DNA of 64,000 nucleotides from Bdellovibrionota bacterium (GCA_041907145.1 JAYRHW010000132.1:431-64430), one strand, 5' to 3'. Counted from the stretch's first letter, positions 38,404-48,964 are shown. The notes: generated from the sequence alone by a model not told the origin. Made by a program: numbers and translations.

Positions 38404-39616
38404 GCGCCTTCTGTACTACGGCCATAAATTCCTTGGGCTCTAGAAATCCAGTCACCCGAGTCTCGGGGATTTCGCTGCCATCGGGTTTGAGAAAAAGCAC
38501 GCAGGGAAGGCCGAGGACGGAAAAACGCTCCGTAAGCGCGTCATTGGCGGCGCTTTCAACCGAAAAATTTACTCGGGCAAGGGAGACACGTTTAAGCTGA
38601 TCTTGAACCTGAGGGTTTGAAAAGGTTTTCGCCTCGAGCTCCTTGCAGGCAGCGCACCAGTCGGCAAAGATATCGACCATGGCGATACTGCCGTTCGCCG
38701 CGGCCTTTGCCAAACCGGCATCGAGCGAGCCTTCCCATTCCAACGAATGGTCGGCGGCGGAGCTGGCCGCGGGTGCCGGGACCACTACATAAAAAATCGG
38801 CGCAGCTACCGCAAACGCGGCAAGCACTCTAAGTGTTACGACGGACTTGCGATAACTCGTCCACGCTGCCAGGAAGCCGGCAGCAGTAAGCATCGACAGC
38901 AGCGGCCAGTTGCCGCGAAGTGCTGCCGCAAGCAGCTTCTCATGATAGGGCTGCGCGATGAAAAAGATGACCAATATCAGCAGCACCGCCATGACAAATT
39001 TTACGACATGGAGCCAGTTTCCCGAGCGCGGAAGCTTCTTGAGCAACCCGGGGAACAGTCCCAGCAGCAAGAAGAGCATGCCCATGCCAACTGAGTAAGT
39101 GAAAAGCAATACCGCCCCCCATACGGTGTTCTGCTGAGCAGCAGCGATACTCAGGATCACGACGAGCATAGGGCCCGCGCAGGGCGCTGCGACGAAGCCG
39201 CTCACGGTTCCCATCAGGAATGCCCCGCGAAAGCCCTTGCCGCCGATGCTGCTTGCTAAATTCTGTACCTTGGAGATGGAGCCGAATTTGAGAGCGTCGA
39301 GGCTAAAAAGGGCCAGGGCAAGCAAAAAGCAGGTTAATCCCAGCACGACCTCAGGTTTGGATAGAAAACTGCCAAAAATGCTGCCGGTCTTGGCGGAGAG
39401 CATGCCCAAGCAGGTATAGGTAACTGCGATGCCGCCCACATAGCTGGCCGCGAGCAGAAAGGAGCGCATGCGCGAGCTCGACTCCTGCGCGCCGAAGATC
39501 GCGAGGGTAATAGGGATCAGGGGATAGATGCAAGGCGTGAAGCTCGTCAACAGTCCAGCATTAAACGCCGCAAGAATTTGGGTGAGCGCGGAGCCTGACG
39601 AAAAATCAACAGGCAT
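38381..39616 (-). CDS. Thiol:disulfide interchange protein, DsbD/CcdA family (membrane domain plus C-terminal thioredoxin)
   Basis: N-terminal TM domain with conserved Cys (TPCIYPLIP). C-terminal thioredoxin CxxC: FADWCAACKELE. 3' end overlaps the kinase gene convergently by 23 nt. Confidence 0.7.
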   Translation of the reverse strand: MPVDFSSGSALTQILAAFNAGLLTSFTPCIYPLIPITLAIFGAQESSSRMRSFLLAASYVGGIAVTYTCLGMLSAKTGSIFGSFLSKPEVVLGLTCFLLALALFSLDALKFGSISKVQNLASSIGGKGFRGAFLMGTVSGFVAAPCAGPMLVVILSIAAAQQNTVWGAVLLFTYSVGMGMLFLLLGLFPGLLKKLPRSGNWLHVVKFVMAVLLILVIFFIAQPYHEKLLAAALRGNWPLLSMLTAAGFLAAWTSYRKSVVTLRVLAAFAVAAPIFYVVVPAPAASSAADHSLEWEGSLDAGLAKAAANGSIAMVDIFADWCAACKELEAKTFSNPQVQDQLKRVSLARVNFSVESAANDALTERFSVLGLPCVLFLKPDGSEIPETRVTGFLEPKEFMAVVQKALSASGSH

Positions 39617-39619
39617 GGA

Positions 39620-39991
39620 TCAAAACCGCGCAGGAATGGGATTCGACGGATGTCTGCCGATCACAGTCAGTCTTCCGAGATCATCGAGCGATTCTAGCTG
39701 ACGCTCTAAGTCCCTCAATTCCTCCTCATCAGCAGGGGCGATTTTTTCAGCCTTCCAACAGCGCGCGATAACTGCTCGATACTGATCGAGTGCCTCGCTC
39801 ATGCGCGCCTTTAAGTGCGCCGACTGGACTTCGTTTTCGATAAAGTGCAGCCAAGTTTTAACTCGCTGCTGCTTTGCCGCTAAGGCTGAGAGTTCCATGT
39901 GTTTGCTCTTTCTGTTGCAGAATACTAAAGAAGCGGAATATCGTTCCTTCTGTACGTTGCCCTGTCTCCCTATGGCAAGGGGATGGAGCAC
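39620..39991 (-). CDS. Hypothetical protein
   Basis: 123-aa ORF immediately upstream of the dsbD-like gene, same strand. No motifs. Confidence 0.25.
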   Translation of the reverse strand: MLHPLAIGRQGNVQKERYSASLVFCNRKSKHMELSALAAKQQRVKTWLHFIENEVQSAHLKARMSEALDQYRAVIARCWKAEKIAPADEEELRDLERQLESLDDLGRLTVIGRHPSNPIPARF

Positions 39992-40077
39992 TTCTCAGTA
40001 TACAGCATTTCGCCCTGAGGCACGAGGGTCAGAAAATTGTCGAGTCTGACGGGCTCAATTATTCAGTCGGAGATGGC

Positions 40078-40572
40078 ATGTCGAAACTTACAGCACTGTT
40101 CCCGGGCTCATTCGACCCTTTCACGAACGGCCATGTAGATGTACTTGAACGCTCGCTTAAAATATTCGATCGAGTGGTCATTGGCGTGCTGAACAATCCG
40201 ACAAAATCCTGCCTGTTCGCCGTAGACGAACGAGTGTCGCTCATTGAGTCTGTGGTAAAGGCATATAGGGCCCGCGTTGTCGTGCGCCCATTCTCAGGAC
40301 TACTCGTAGACTTCGCGCGCAGGATGCGATCGCGAGTTATCGTGCGTGGACTGCGGGCAATCAGTGACTATGATTATGAGACTCAGATGGCGCTGATGAA
40401 CCGTCATCTGGACTCCTCGCTGGAGACCATTTTCTTGGTCACGAGCGAGGAGAATTCTTATGTTAGTTCCAGTCTCGTTAAACAAATTGGGACGCTGGGA
40501 GGGGATATTTCCAGTCTGGTTCCGCCCCTGGTGGCTAAGGCCTTGACACGGAAGCTATCCCGCCGCCGCTGA
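40078..40572 (+). CDS. coaD: Phosphopantetheine adenylyltransferase
   Basis: ALFPGSFDPFTNGHVDV (HxGH nucleotidyltransferase motif), SSSLVKQI. Confidence 0.85.
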   Translation: MSKLTALFPGSFDPFTNGHVDVLERSLKIFDRVVIGVLNNPTKSCLFAVDERVSLIESVVKAYRARVVVRPFSGLLVDFARRMRSRVIVRGLRAISDYDYETQMALMNRHLDSSLETIFLVTSEENSYVSSSLVKQIGTLGGDISSLVPPLVAKALTRKLSRRR

Positions 40573-40736
40573 CTTGAGTTAGCTGCCGTATTCTAGTACC
40601 CTGACGGGACCCCTAAAGCGGGGTTAAATGCGCAATATTTTTGCGAAAATATGGTCCGCTCGCGAGGTTTAATCCACCGCGAGCTTCTCGGCGTGCGCCG
40701 GTGCGCACGCAATCGTAACAGGAGTCTAGGTATTGT

Positions 40737-41153
40737 ATGGCAATTGAAAGAACGCTTTCCATCATTAAACCCGATGCCGTGAAGAAAAACGTAATCGGAA
40801 AGATTTTGTCGCGCTTCGAAGATGCGGGTCTGAAGCTTATAGCCGTCAAAATGGCGAAGTTGACGAGCCAGCAGGCAGGAGAGTTCTACGCGGTTCACAA
40901 AGCGCGTCCTTTTTATGGCGAGCTTGTGGATTACATGATGTCGGGACCGGTCGTCATTTCAGTCCTTGAAGGACCTGATGCCGTGGCGACAAATCGGCGA
41001 CTGATGGGAGCCACGGACCCCAAGAAGGCGGACAAGGGAACTATTCGCGCTGATTTTGCGGACAGTATCAATGCGAATGCAGTCCATGGATCGGATAGTG
41101 TCGAGAATGCAAAAGTCGAAGTTAATTTCTTTTTCCCCGAATTAAATCGCTAG
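40737..41153 (+). CDS. ndk: Nucleoside diphosphate kinase
   Basis: [12 protein letters not shown]...NAVHGSDS (active-site His). Confidence 0.9.
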   Translation: MAIERTLSIIKPDAVKKNVIGKILSRFEDAGLKLIAVKMAKLTSQQAGEFYAVHKARPFYGELVDYMMSGPVVISVLEGPDAVATNRRLMGATDPKKADKGTIRADFADSINANAVHGSDSVENAKVEVNFFFPELNR

Positions 41154-41169
41154 GAGACGGGCTGCGCTC

Positions 41170-42303
41170 ATGGCTCTGACCGTTCTGGATACTCCCGATC
41201 AGGGGGCTCGGTCTGTCGGGCAGGAGGGGCAACTCGACTTCTTCTCCTATAGCCGCAAAGAGCTGGAGGAGGTTCTGCGCGAGCAGTTCGCCCAATCTGC
41301 ATATCGAGCGGCGCAGCTTTTTCAGTGGGTTTACCGTCGAGGAGTCAGAGATTTCTCCTGCATGACGGACTTGGGGCGCGAGCTGCGGGAAACCTTAGCC
41401 GGACGCTTCACTTTTCCTGAGGCCCCCATCAATAGCCGCCAGATCAGCTCTGACGGCACGCGTAAATACCTGTTCGAGCTTGATCACGGCAGTCATATTG
41501 AATCCGTCATGATCAAGCAGCCGAAGCGCATGACGCTTTGCGTGTCATCGCAGGTCGGGTGCGGGATGGCCTGCGCCTTCTGTCGAACTGGCACGATGGG
41601 CTTTCATAGGCACTTGGCAACCTCCGAAATTATCCGGCAGGTGCTCGGTGTCATTCAAGACGCGACCCATTTTAACGATATGTTCCAGAATATCGTATTC
41701 ATGGGAATGGGCGAACCTCTGCACAATTTTGACGGCGTCACTCGAGCCGTTTCGATTCTCACCGATCCGATGGGCTTAGCGATTCCACCTAGAAAAATTA
41801 CCGTCTCAAGCGTTGGATTGGTGCCGGCTATTAAGAAGTTCGCGGAATCAGGAGTCGACGCAAATCTCGCAATTTCACTCAATGCAACCACCGATGAGAT
41901 TCGCGAATCGATCATGCCGATTAATAAGGCCTACCCTCTGGAGGCCTTGCTCTCGACCTTGCGTGAGATTCCCGCCAAGCGCCGTAAGAAGATCACGATA
42001 GAGTACGTAATGCTTTCGGGAGTAAATGATAGCGATGCCGATTTGCGCAGGCTCCCTCGCTTGATTCAGGGCATTCCTGCCAAGGTTAATCTGATCCCGT
42101 ATAATGAGAACGCCGGACTTGGTTTCAAGACTCCCTCGAAGGAAAAGATTCACGCCTGGCAGGACTACCTGACAGGCAAGGGGCTCAACACAACAGTCCG
42201 TTGGTCAAAAGGTCGGGACATTGATGCGGCTTGCGGACAGTTGGCAGTTAATGCCGTTGGCACGAAGCCTCGACGTGCGCCCGCATCCCAAGCTGCCGCT
42301 TAA
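41170..42303 (+). CDS. rlmN: 23S rRNA (adenine2503-C2)-methyltransferase, radical SAM
   Basis: CVSSQVGCGMACAFCRTG radical-SAM cluster. Downstream of ndk, as commonly seen. Confidence 0.85.
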   Translation: MALTVLDTPDQGARSVGQEGQLDFFSYSRKELEEVLREQFAQSAYRAAQLFQWVYRRGVRDFSCMTDLGRELRETLAGRFTFPEAPINSRQISSDGTRKYLFELDHGSHIESVMIKQPKRMTLCVSSQVGCGMACAFCRTGTMGFHRHLATSEIIRQVLGVIQDATHFNDMFQNIVFMGMGEPLHNFDGVTRAVSILTDPMGLAIPPRKITVSSVGLVPAIKKFAESGVDANLAISLNATTDEIRESIMPINKAYPLEALLSTLREIPAKRRKKITIEYVMLSGVNDSDADLRRLPRLIQGIPAKVNLIPYNENAGLGFKTPSKEKIHAWQDYLTGKGLNTTVRWSKGRDIDAACGQLAVNAVGTKPRRAPASQAAA

Positions 42304-42466
42304 CAGCGGTCAGGCTCGATGCTCTACCCGAGACAGGCCCATCCGAGACTGGCCCACGGCTGCGGCGGATGAAGATTTGATGAGTTCTGAGAATGCAGGA
42401 ATGCTTGTGGCGCGCTCAGAACCGAATCGGCGGCTAAGCGCAGCCAGTGGAGGGAACTACTTGAGG

Positions 42467-42784
42467 CTAGGCTCGGGAAGAGGTTTCCGACAAAGCAGTA
42501 TCGCTCATTGCGTCAGTGGAAGCAGAGGAGTCGACCACTTCGGCCGGAATTTCCTCAGCACCCGCATCCGTCTTAGCAGAGCGTTGCACGCGTAGAGCAT
42601 GGAGCCCTTTGGGGCCTTCCTTGATCTCGTATGACACTTCTTCACCATCCTTGAGCGTCTTGAAACCATCGGCTTCAATCGCGGAATAATGAACGAATAC
42701 ATCCTTGCCGCTCGGGTGCTCGATGAAGCCAAATCCTTTGGCGTCATTGAACCACTTCACCACTCCTTTCAACGTCTCGGACAT
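42467..42784 (-). CDS. Cold-shock protein (CspA family), with ~40-aa acidic/Ser-rich C-terminal tail
   Basis: [16 protein letters not shown] (RNP1), VFVHYSAI (RNP2). Start assigned to MSETLKG. Confidence 0.75.
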   Translation of the reverse strand: MSETLKGVVKWFNDAKGFGFIEHPSGKDVFVHYSAIEADGFKTLKDGEEVSYEIKEGPKGLHALRVQRSAKTDAGAEEIPAEVVDSSASTDAMSDTALSETSSRA

Positions 42785-43313
42785 ACACCCACTCCTTTTT
42801 GTGCAACCAAGTTTCGGGATCAAAAACTCGGTCGTAAAACCAGTTCCTTACATTAGACCGCTCGATTACAATACAATCATCAGTGAGTTGCTCATGATGA
42901 TAGGACCGTAACGAACCAATTTAACGAGCGCCGCTCGAGCCACCCATAGACCCACGCCCGGCGGGCAACAGGCCGCTTATGGAACAGCCCCTTAAGCGCC
43001 AAAGGTTGAGATTCACTCAAGACCTCCGAGGATCCAGGATTTAACGGGGCAGACTCACAAGCGCCTAACTAACAGGAGATTTGACGCTGCAAGCACTGCT
43101 AGGGCTGCCAGACTTAAGGCTCAAAAGTCGCCTAAAAATGAGCGATCAAGGCTGGCCAAAATCCTGAAACCACTGGTATGTCTGACTATGTAGCCCTGTA
43201 AAATTGCAAAGTCCAGAAAAATGTGCGGGGGCAAGGGCTTATTCGATAGGTAATTGTTTAGAGTCAAGTAACGGTGTTGGGTTTAGGCGCTAAGATGGCG
43301 CCCTTTTTGTAGA

Positions 43314-44831
43314 ATGCCGTTTGCCCCAAGTTCGAAATGTGAGCATCTCAATCCTTATATGCCGACCCCTAATGTACTTCAGGAGGCGCTCGACAATCTT
43401 CGAGAGCCGCTTTTCATAGTAGATAGCCAGCGTCGTTGTCTCTTCGCCAATAGGGCTCTGTTTTCCTTTCTCGGTTTGCCCGTGCACAAAGAGTCGGCGC
43501 TGCCGCTCGAGCAATTTTGGCGCGAGTGTCCATTAGGGGTTTCCCAAGGTGACGAGGTTGCCTCGGAGTTCGTGCTGGACAGTGGTGCGACGTTTCCCGT
43601 GCGTCTCTCAATTCTACCCTTGGCGAACCATTCCTGGCTTGTGCGAGTGCTCGCGGGAATCTCTGGAGCTGACGAGTCACATACCTTCCATGCGCACCGG
43701 CTGGAGACTTTGGGAATGCTGGCTGGGGGAGTGGCGCACGACTTCAATAATTTGCTTGCCGGAATCCTCGGCCATATCACATATCTCAAGACGATTCTGC
43801 CGGGCCGGGGCGAGCATACCGAATCGCTTGCTGCTATTGAGGATGGAGCAAAGAGGGCTTCCGGTCTCACGCAGCAGATTTTGAGTTTTTCGCGTTTGGA
43901 GTCGGGAGAGCAAGTCGCTGACGTGAATGTCTGTGAATTGGCAAAGGGCACCTGCAAATTGCTACGTGGGGCGATGTCGCCTGATCATTCCCTCGAGTGC
44001 GAGCTGCCTAAGTCGCCGTTAATCGTGCTCGGAGCCGAGGGGAAGTTGGCGCAGGTAGTGGTCAACCTGGTCATGAACGCGCGAGACGCACTTACGGGCG
44101 AGGGATTCATTCGTTTGAGCGTTGCATCTGTCGAATCTCAGACTGAGCTGTCCAAGGCCTTCGCGGGCGCGGATTTGTCTTCGAAGCGATATGCCCGAAT
44201 CAGCGTGACCGATAACGGTCACGGCATGAGCTCGGATGTGATTAAGAGGATCTTCGAGCCCTATTTTTCGACTAAGAAAAATAAAGGCACCGGACTGGGA
44301 TTGGCCATGGTACGCCAGATCGTGCAGCTCTTTGGGGGCGCTATTACGGTTCAGTCGGAGGTTGGGCTTGGCACCACCGTCAGCGTTTACCTGCCGATTG
44401 TCGCAGAGGAGGCTGCGCCGGCGGGTAAAGGAAAGAAGTCTGCCAAGTCTGATGCCTTGGAGCACGGAACGGAGCGAGTGCTTGTCGTTGACGATGAATA
44501 CCCGGTGCGCAATGTCCTTTGCGTCAGTCTGGAACATCTAGGATACAAGGTGGAGACGGCCAATTCTGGGAAGGAGGCGCTGGAGAAATACGAAGCCGGC
44601 GGAGGGTATGACCTGGTGCTTCTCGATATGATTATGCCTCAGTTGTCCGGCGATCAGGTGTTCATTGAACTAAAGAAGATCGATCCTCAGGTGCAGGTCT
44701 TGGTCATAAGCGGATTTTCCTCCGAGAAGGCCGTGAAGTCGATCCTCAATAATGGTGGGCTTGGCTTTCTGCAGAAGCCCTTCACTATCGAAGAGCTTTC
44801 GCGATGCGTGCGCTCCTGTCTCGATCGCTAA
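43314..44831 (+). CDS. Hybrid sensor histidine kinase (PAS-HisKA-HATPase_c-receiver)
   Basis: H-box GVAHDFNNLLAGILGH, DNGHGM, GTGLGLAMV. C-terminal receiver VLVVDDE...DLVLLDMIMP. True start may be an internal Met. Confidence 0.75.
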   Translation: MPFAPSSKCEHLNPYMPTPNVLQEALDNLREPLFIVDSQRRCLFANRALFSFLGLPVHKESALPLEQFWRECPLGVSQGDEVASEFVLDSGATFPVRLSILPLANHSWLVRVLAGISGADESHTFHAHRLETLGMLAGGVAHDFNNLLAGILGHITYLKTILPGRGEHTESLAAIEDGAKRASGLTQQILSFSRLESGEQVADVNVCELAKGTCKLLRGAMSPDHSLECELPKSPLIVLGAEGKLAQVVVNLVMNARDALTGEGFIRLSVASVESQTELSKAFAGADLSSKRYARISVTDNGHGMSSDVIKRIFEPYFSTKKNKGTGLGLAMVRQIVQLFGGAITVQSEVGLGTTVSVYLPIVAEEAAPAGKGKKSAKSDALEHGTERVLVVDDEYPVRNVLCVSLEHLGYKVETANSGKEALEKYEAGGGYDLVLLDMIMPQLSGDQVFIELKKIDPQVQVLVISGFSSEKAVKSILNNGGLGFLQKPFTIEELSRCVRSCLDR

Positions 44832-44949
44832 CTTGTCGCGTGAATTCCGAATCCAGTCGGCGTCCCGTTGCCCATGCTCGCTTCAAGGGAAGGGTACAGA
44901 GAGCGGCGTTTGGCCAGGATCCGCATTCGTGGTACCATAGCTCCGCGCT

Positions 44950-45963
44950 ATGAAAATCGGCTACCAGATCAGAAACATACATATTACGCCAGGTCTGGTG
45001 CTCTCACCCATGAGCGGAGTTACCTGTTCGGCATTTCGTCGCCTTATCAAAGAGCTCAATCCGGGCTCAGTTGGTTTAGTGATCTCAGAGTTTATCTCGG
45101 TCGAAGGACTGACCCGGCAATCACAGCGTAGTCTGGACATGATGCGCTTCCACCAGTCCGAGCGACCCTACGGAATTCAGATATTTGGATTCGACCCTGA
45201 GCGCATGCGCGATGCTGCGGTCATGGCACAAGAAGCGGGGGCCGATCTCGTGGACATCAATTGCGGCTGTCCGGCCCCGAAAGTTGTTAAGCGCGGGGGC
45301 GGCTGCGAGTTAATGCGCCAGCCGGAACATTTGCGGAATTTGTTTCGAGAGGTGCGCCGAGCGGTTACTATTCCCCTCACCATGAAGATGCGCTCTGGTT
45401 GGGATGAAGGCAGCCGCAATGCGGTCGAGATAGCTCGTATTGCCGAAGCCGAAGGCCTCGAAGGAATTACCGTGCACGGGCGCACACGCGCGCAGCTTTA
45501 TCGCGGCGAGGCAGATTGGAGCGTCGTTAGAGCCGTAGCAGAGGCAGTATCTATACCGGTTTGCGGTAGCGGCGACGTGGTGGACTACAAGAGCGCCTCT
45601 GAACGCCTCGAGGGAGCGGTGGCCGGGCTTTATATAGGCCGGGCGGCGCTTTGGAACCCTTTGGTCTTTTCGGAGATCTCGACCGGGGCTGCGCGTTCTC
45701 TGCGCCATGACGAAGGGCTGGTATTGGACATTCTGGATCGCTATCTGGCGCTTTTACGAGAAGAATTCCATGATCGTGTGGTGGTAGGACGATTTAAGCA
45801 GCTTGTCTCTCAAATGTGCCGCGGGTATGAATGGCGTAAGGATTTGTGCCGGGCCAATAAGCTCCCTGAGCAGATAGACATTCTGGCGCGGGCGCGGTCG
45901 GGGATGCGCGCCGTCCCCACGAACAAGTCGGGCGAATCCTGCGGCGATGTTATCGCTGCCTGA
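44950..45963 (+). CDS. dusB: tRNA-dihydrouridine synthase
   Basis: LSPMSGVT..., DINCGCP, TVHGRTR motifs of the Dus family. Confidence 0.8.
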   Translation: MKIGYQIRNIHITPGLVLSPMSGVTCSAFRRLIKELNPGSVGLVISEFISVEGLTRQSQRSLDMMRFHQSERPYGIQIFGFDPERMRDAAVMAQEAGADLVDINCGCPAPKVVKRGGGCELMRQPEHLRNLFREVRRAVTIPLTMKMRSGWDEGSRNAVEIARIAEAEGLEGITVHGRTRAQLYRGEADWSVVRAVAEAVSIPVCGSGDVVDYKSASERLEGAVAGLYIGRAALWNPLVFSEISTGAARSLRHDEGLVLDILDRYLALLREEFHDRVVVGRFKQLVSQMCRGYEWRKDLCRANKLPEQIDILARARSGMRAVPTNKSGESCGDVIAA

Positions 45964-45990
45964 ACTGCTCCAAATGGCGTAATCGATTCC

Positions 45991-46710
45991 ATGCTAAGAG
46001 TGTGTGATGTGCATCAATCCTTCGGGGCCCGACGTGTCCTCGACGGCGTCACGTTCACGCTTCCCGACGAGTCTCTGGCCGGCATGATCGGACCCAGCGG
46101 CGGAGGAAAGAGCGTCTTGCTCAAAATCATCGGCCGAGTGCAGGCGGCTCAGCGTGGGGAGGTGTGCCATGAGGGCATCTGCAGCGAAAGTCTCAGTCTG
46201 ATGTTTCAGGAGGGAGCGCTTTTCGACTCCTTGTCGGTTTTCGATAATATAGCTTTTCCCTTAGTCGGAGGCCGAGTGCCCACCCATACTCTCGATGCTG
46301 ATACTCAGGAGCAAGTGAGGCTGGCGGTGAGCGAAATTCTTGCCCGCGTCGGCTTGACTAAGGCGGCCCATAAGGTGCCTGCGCAGCTGAGCGGTGGTAT
46401 GCGCCGTAGAGTCGCTCTGGCGCGCGCCCTTGTTTCAAGGCCGAAACTACTGTTGCTCGATGATCCCACCGCCGGTCTCGATCCGGTCGCGAGTAGCGTA
46501 ATCATGAACTTGATCGTGGAATTGCATAAGGAGTATCGTCCGACCACGATAATCGTCAGTCATGATTTGCGACGACTATTTCCAGCTGTCGATAGGGTGC
46601 TCGGCTTGTTTGATGGCCGGATTGCCTTCGATGGCAATCTCGGTGAGTTGGAAGCCTTTCGTCACCCCCTTATCAACCGATTTGTAACAGCGCGCTTTGA
46701 TTTTGTATGA
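45991..46710 (+). CDS. ABC transporter ATP-binding protein
   Basis: Walker A GPSGGGKS, signature LSGGMRRR, Walker B LLLDDPTAGLD. Confidence 0.8.
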   Translation: MLRVCDVHQSFGARRVLDGVTFTLPDESLAGMIGPSGGGKSVLLKIIGRVQAAQRGEVCHEGICSESLSLMFQEGALFDSLSVFDNIAFPLVGGRVPTHTLDADTQEQVRLAVSEILARVGLTKAAHKVPAQLSGGMRRRVALARALVSRPKLLLLDDPTAGLDPVASSVIMNLIVELHKEYRPTTIIVSHDLRRLFPAVDRVLGLFDGRIAFDGNLGELEAFRHPLINRFVTARFDFV

Positions 46711-47519
46711 GTAGAGGCGGACACTTTCTTGACGAGGCACGCAAGCGTTTTCTCCAGGGTATCGGGGTTCCGGAGCCCAAGCCATTCGTTGCTGACGAAT
46801 TTCAAAAGGAAGCGATTTCCTCGGTCGTCGAGGGAAATGATACGCTGGTAGTCGCTCCGACGGGAGCGGGCAAGACCTACATCGCAATGGAGGCAATTAG
46901 CGCCACGCTTAATTTAGGGCTGAAGGCGGTTTACACGACTCCGCTAAAGGCGCTATCCAATACTAAGTTCACTGAGCTTAAGGCTAAGTTCCAGCCTAAT
47001 CATAAAGTCGGGCTCCTTACGGGAGACAGAAAGATCGAGGGAGATGCCGATGTTGTGGTGGCTACGACGGAGATTTACCGCAACGAGCTTTATCGCTCTC
47101 ATGAGCGCTATTCCCTCGTGATCCTCGATGAAGTGCACTTCATATCCGACCCGCAGCGGGGACCGGTTTGGGAAGAGAGTATCATTCTTACGCCCTCTTC
47201 GACCACGTTGTTGATGCTTTCGGCATCGATTTCGAACTCCGAGGAGATTGCCGAATGGCTGTCGAGTGTTCGCGGCAAGGCCTGCCGGGTGGTGAGCAAG
47301 AAGGATCGTCCCGTTGAGTTGAGGTACGGATTCCTTCATCCTGATTTCGGAGCTATTCCCCTGAGCGATGCCCATGGTCATATTCTGAGAGAAGTAAGCC
47401 AGTTTTATGGCTCGCTCGAACTCGATGCCAGCGGCATGCGGCTGCGCGGAGGCAGGTTCGATCGCAATCGCCCAGGTAAGGATCGCCACTATCGGGGAAA
47501 GAGGCGAGGGAGACGCTAG
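46707..47519 (+). CDS. Ski2-like DEAD/DEAH-box helicase, N-terminal RecA1 part (split or frameshifted gene)
   Basis: Walker A APTGAGKT, DEVH box LDEVHFISD, SAS motif III. Ends in an Arg/Gly-rich linker. Confidence 0.6.
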   Translation: MSRGGHFLDEARKRFLQGIGVPEPKPFVADEFQKEAISSVVEGNDTLVVAPTGAGKTYIAMEAISATLNLGLKAVYTTPLKALSNTKFTELKAKFQPNHKVGLLTGDRKIEGDADVVVATTEIYRNELYRSHERYSLVILDEVHFISDPQRGPVWEESIILTPSSTTLLMLSASISNSEEIAEWLSSVRGKACRVVSKKDRPVELRYGFLHPDFGAIPLSDAHGHILREVSQFYGSLELDASGMRLRGGRFDRNRPGKDRHYRGKRRGRR

Positions 47520-48964
47520 TGTTGCATTCTGATTTTCCGGTAACGAAAGTGGTTTCATCGCTGCGTAGGGATAATCTGTTGCCGGCGATCCTCTTTCGTA
47601 CCGCCCGTAAGCAGTGCGACGCCGACATCGACCGAATTTCTCAGGCGCATGGTTTTGAATTGTCGGCAGAAGAGTCCGGCACGCTGCAGAGCGAAGTTCT
47701 GCGCCTTGCAGAAAAATACGGAGTCGATATCTCGGTTTTGACCGAATATCCGCATTATCCGGCCTTGGTCCGCACGGGAGTAGGGGCGCATCATGCGGGG
47801 CAGCTACTGGTTTGGCGTTTGGTCCTCGAAGAGTTGATGAGCAAGGGGCTGCTTAGGCTCTTGATTGCGACGGGCACCGTAGCAGCCGGTGTGGACTTTC
47901 CGGCCCGCACCGTGATTATAACGGCGCACAGCAAGCGGGGTTCCGACGGATTCGGTGTACTGACATCATCGGAATTTCAGCAGATGTCGGGCAGAGCCGG
48001 ACGCCGCGGCAAGGATGCAGTCGGTATTTGCCTGGTCGCGCCGGGTCCTTACTCCGACGCGCGGGTCATCAATGAAATTGTAAAGCGCCCGCCCGAGCCG
48101 TTGCGTTCTGCGTATTTCGCTGCACCGTCAACGGTGTTGAATCTCCTCAAGTTTCGCAATGTGGACGATCTGCGCTATACGGTATCAAAGAGCTTGGCAG
48201 CATTCCTTGATTGGAAAGCTGCCGAAGTGCTTCGTGAGAGTGCGGAAGGGGAGCAAGTCGATCTCGATAGAAATCACAATTTGACGGGCGAGGCACGAAA
48301 GAAATCTCAAAAGCGCGTTCGCCGTAAGAGCAAAGAGGCCGATCTAATCGAGCAAAAGCAGGGGATGGCGCTCGAGCAGTCGCTGCGAGCGTTGGAATCT
48401 CTGGGTTATATCGAGAAAGACCGCGGCGTGCTCACTGAGAAGGGGTACTGGGCCGCCAATCTCTGCACAAGTCTGGTGTTGGAGTTGTCTGAGGCAATAG
48501 CCGGGCACGTATTTGCTGACTTGTCGCAGTGGGAGGTCGTTGGACTGGTGGCATCGATAGCTGGGGATCCTCACCGGCCATATCTTTCCATCAAGAAGAA
48601 TCCGATGCGTAAGGAGCTACTCAAGAGCATGGAGGCCATCGTCGAGCGCATCAAGAATACGTATCGAGTGCCGGGCGCCTCTGATATCGCCGTGCTTCCC
48701 GATGCGGCGGTAACGGTTATCACGTGGATGGAGGCTGAGAGCTGGCAGGAATTTGCCGGGCTGATCCGCCTTAACGGGATTGCCGAAGGCGACGTTGCGC
48801 GGTTGGTGACCCAGACGGCCGATCATTTGAGCCAGATATCGAGACTTGAGGAAACGCATCCGCAGTTGGCCCGATTGGCATATGAGGGCCGTAAACGAAT
48901 CTTGCGTCCTCCGCTGAGCGATGCAATCGAAATGTCCTGGGAGGAGTATACAGCTCCCGTCTAA
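47519..48964 (+). CDS. Ski2-like helicase, RecA2 plus C-terminal domains (second part of split gene)
   Basis: LLPAILFRTARKQCD, TGTVAAGVDFPARTVII, QMSGRAGRRG (motif VI). GTG start overlaps the upstream TAG (TAGTG). Confidence 0.6.
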   Translation: MLHSDFPVTKVVSSLRRDNLLPAILFRTARKQCDADIDRISQAHGFELSAEESGTLQSEVLRLAEKYGVDISVLTEYPHYPALVRTGVGAHHAGQLLVWRLVLEELMSKGLLRLLIATGTVAAGVDFPARTVIITAHSKRGSDGFGVLTSSEFQQMSGRAGRRGKDAVGICLVAPGPYSDARVINEIVKRPPEPLRSAYFAAPSTVLNLLKFRNVDDLRYTVSKSLAAFLDWKAAEVLRESAEGEQVDLDRNHNLTGEARKKSQKRVRRKSKEADLIEQKQGMALEQSLRALESLGYIEKDRGVLTEKGYWAANLCTSLVLELSEAIAGHVFADLSQWEVVGLVASIAGDPHRPYLSIKKNPMRKELLKSMEAIVERIKNTYRVPGASDIAVLPDAAVTVITWMEAESWQEFAGLIRLNGIAEGDVARLVTQTADHLSQISRLEETHPQLARLAYEGRKRILRPPLSDAIEMSWEEYTAPV

